DNA of 64,000 bases from Amphiscolops sp. MND2022. Taxonomy: Eukaryota. Where the stretch lies: the NCBI GenBank assembly GCA_964187785.1, contig OZ076409.1, positions 92,134,001 to 92,198,000 on the forward strand, given 5' to 3'. Each line of letters opens with the position of its first letter. Position 1 is the first letter of the stretch. Of the stretch, positions 61,374-64,000 are shown one piece after another. Under the pieces are notes generated by a model. It worked only from the letters and a program-made list of their open reading frames with translations, did not search any database and had not been told where the DNA came from. Made by a program: the position numbers and the translations under genes.

Positions 61374-63319
61374 TGTGAAGTGTTTGGTTAAAAATGGTTT
61401 TTCTTATCTAGATTTTCGATGCATGCGCTTAGCGCTGGTGATTTTTATGTAGGAGTTCAATCAAGAAAAAAAAATTCTCAATTCACTTTCGATTTACTTT
61501 CTGAAGTAATTATGTGAGTTCGATCAAGAAAAATTATAAGTCTCAATTATAGTCTAATTTGTGAACTCTTAGTTCACTTCTCGTCTAATTTCTAATTCCA
61601 AATCTAAAAGTAGTCTCGTACTTAAAACTTTCGCGACTGTGCCTTCCTACACTTCAGCAAAGGTTGTCTCAGGTGTGAGTTCGGATGGAAGGGCTTTATT
61701 TCTACGACCCGGGAGAAAAGTGTATTTTGGTCTATGAATATGTAAATTGAATCTTTCTTTATTTATATAAAAGTTGTAATAAATGTCACTCATACAAGAG
61801 CAAAGTGCACAAATAAGCATGAACAAAAAGAATATGATTAAATCAAACTTGAAATCTATCTTTAAATAATAAGAGATAAGTTGTTAGAAAAAGATTTAGT
61901 TATTAAGTTGCTTTTATGTTTTACCAGATCAAGAGGTGAAGCCTCTTTATAAGATGCAGCGATAGCTTGCAATGTGTTTATAGTCCACTGATTGTCACGG
62001 ACTGAAACGAGAGCTACTTGCTTCTCTTGATTAAAGAACAACAGATTGTTGTACTGGTTTTATAGAGTGCTATACGGTTACTCTGTCTCAAATTGAGAAC
62101 AGTTCGACTTGAAGAGTCAAACAAAAGCTAAGTTATTTAAGTCTCCTATGACCCAGCTGAAGCTGTGGTTTTTGGTTTAGAGTCAGTATATTTACCAGAC
62201 TTTGGTTTATAGTCTACTATAAAGCAGAGACCATTCAATCTTTGTTGAACAAAGATGGTATGATAGCTTCTGTTCGAAGTCAAAAGTCAATTAAAACTCC
62301 AACGTAAGAGAAGATTTGCTTTAACGATGAAAGCAGATTTTTGTTTTGTTTTAGATTGAAAAATTTATAAGACTAAGACTCAGCTTGCCTTTACTTGAAG
62401 GCAGATTTGAAAAAAGTTATAGATTTAAATTGCTTCAATATTAAAGCAGAGTTTAAAAGCTTAAGACTTAACTTGTTTTGGCTCGGAAATATTTTAAGAT
62501 AAAAATGCTTTACTTGAAAGCAGGTTGGAAACAGTCTAAGACAAATTTGCTCAACTAGAAAGCAGGCTTGACGAAAGTTTAAGATAGATTTGCTTTACTT
62601 GAAGCAGTGTTGAAAGTCGTCTAAGACAAGACTGAGCCAAAACTTGTAAAACTTTAAGAACAATTGATAAAAGTTTAGGTTAAGAAGAAGATTGAAAACT
62701 TAGACAAAAAGCACAAAGACTAAATTGAGTTAAAGTTAAAGTTAAGAAAATATCTTAGAAAAATGAAAGCTCCAAAAAGAAAATTGAAATGGTTTAACTA
62801 ACAAATGTTGCGCCGCGCTGAAGATGGGGATTGAACCCGTGAGTGAAGATTGTAGAGTTGAAGATGAGTGATTTATCAATTTAGTATTTTGCCAAAGGAA
62901 GAGCTCTGAGAATTGAAAATTTGGTCTGCTTTTATACTAAATTTGACCGCTTCGTCAACCAATAAAATTGAATCATTACTATGATTGGCTGACGAGCATG
63001 ACGTCATATGATGTCAAGTCATATGATCTGACAAACGAGATCATTTTGTATGTGTATTTCGTGGGTGAAGCGTCCACGAGAAAATGATGTCATTTGACGT
63101 CATGACCAAATATGGAATGTGTCCGGCGTCGCTGGACAAAGGGAGTGAACACGTTCGAGCGTGTTCAGAATTCAGAGCTGGGTGAGAAAATAGCATAGAT
63201 AAAAAAAACTGCGCAAGTTACAAAAGATAAAACTACATGTTACAGGTTTTGAGTTTACTTCTTTTTGGATTTTGACGGTAAGTTTCTTTATTTTTGTTTG
63301 CCATAAGTTGCACACGACA
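61374..63319 (-). repeat. Element B 5' LTR (1946 bp)
   Basis: Direct repeat of 44688-46807. Confidence 0.95.
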
Positions 63320-64000
63320 AAGTATATACATTCATATAATATTCTCTTACTAGTGAAATATTTTTATTCAACAACAAAATTTGCTCTTTCGTGTGTGTGT
63401 GTGTGTGGGGGGGGGGGGGGTTGGGGTTGTAAATTCCTAACAAGGTGTACCTGGGGGAAATAGATGACATGGTCCGGAATTTGTTTTTCTAAATAACAAA
63501 AATTGGAGTCGCTTTGTTCTCCTTGATAGTTTTTCGACCCCTTAAGAAATATCTCTTCTTACTATAATCACAGTTGAAGTTAAGTTGAAGATTTCTTCTC
63601 ATGAAAAGTAAATATTGACGTAAGTATAAGTTTTTTTGTACTTCATGCAATATATTCACAGTTGTGGATACGTCTTATCCACATCTTCGTTTTCAGCTAA
63701 AATGTCAAGTGACCCCTGGAAATTACAAACACGAACATAACACAAGTTTCCTGGCTTTTGTGGTCGACAAGAATGATGGCATTGAGGATACATTCAATCC
63801 ACGATTCTACGACTATTTACTCAATACTTCAACTATCCCGGTATGTTAACCCTTCGCAACCTCTGTGCTTTCCAAAAACTCAAAAAATTCACATGGATAT
63901 CAAAATTCTCGATGACTTCTCGTATAACTTATTCGTTTCATTTTCCACGAACGTTGTTCACAATGGTTTAAGGATTAGTTGATAGTTATTGTGAATCAAT

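Larger units (their letters stand above)
44688..63319 (-). mobile_element. Element B: 18.6-kb env-bearing Ty3/gypsy (retrovirus-like) element with accessory genes, decayed
   Basis: LTRs TG..CA; 4-bp TSD AAGT (44684-44687, 63320-63323); PBS; gag; PR-macro-RT-RH-IN; env. Confidence 0.97.
44361..63475. mobile_element. ~480-bp Merlin-like MITE split by element B (44361-44687 plus 63324-63475)
   Basis: TIRs GGACCATGTCATCTAT / ATAGATGACATGGTCC; 8-bp TSD GGAATTTG at 44353-44360 and 63476-63483. Confidence 0.85.

Noticed and set aside
63391..63426. (GT)n plus poly-G tract
   Set aside because: Simple low-complexity sequence inside the MITE; its ORFs are spurious.

Overview
AT-rich eukaryotic (animal-like) DNA made almost entirely of transposable elements. 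I could not support any host protein-coding gene. Two large, complete Ty3/gypsy LTR elements on the minus strand dominate. Element A (24907-41327; 1746-bp near-identical LTRs; TSD CTATC) has a gag that starts about 600 nt inside the LTR, a -1 frameshifted pol, a 272-aa ORF running over the PPT into the 3' LTR, and an intact antisense 5-exon gene (~1260-1280 aa) resembling a BED-finger, catalytically dead hAT transposase. Element B (44688-63319; ~2-kb LTRs; TSD AAGT) is an older, decayed, retrovirus-like element. It carries a TARG1/OARD1-type macrodomain inside pol, five tightly packed small ORFs, five covarying structured repeats, a chuvirus-type env and a coiled-coil + TRAF/MATH ORF. The rest is older gypsy remnants, a related probable solo LTR, a Tc1/IS630-like element and several MITEs with clear TSDs. 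All family assignments are by-eye motif recognition; no database searches were run.
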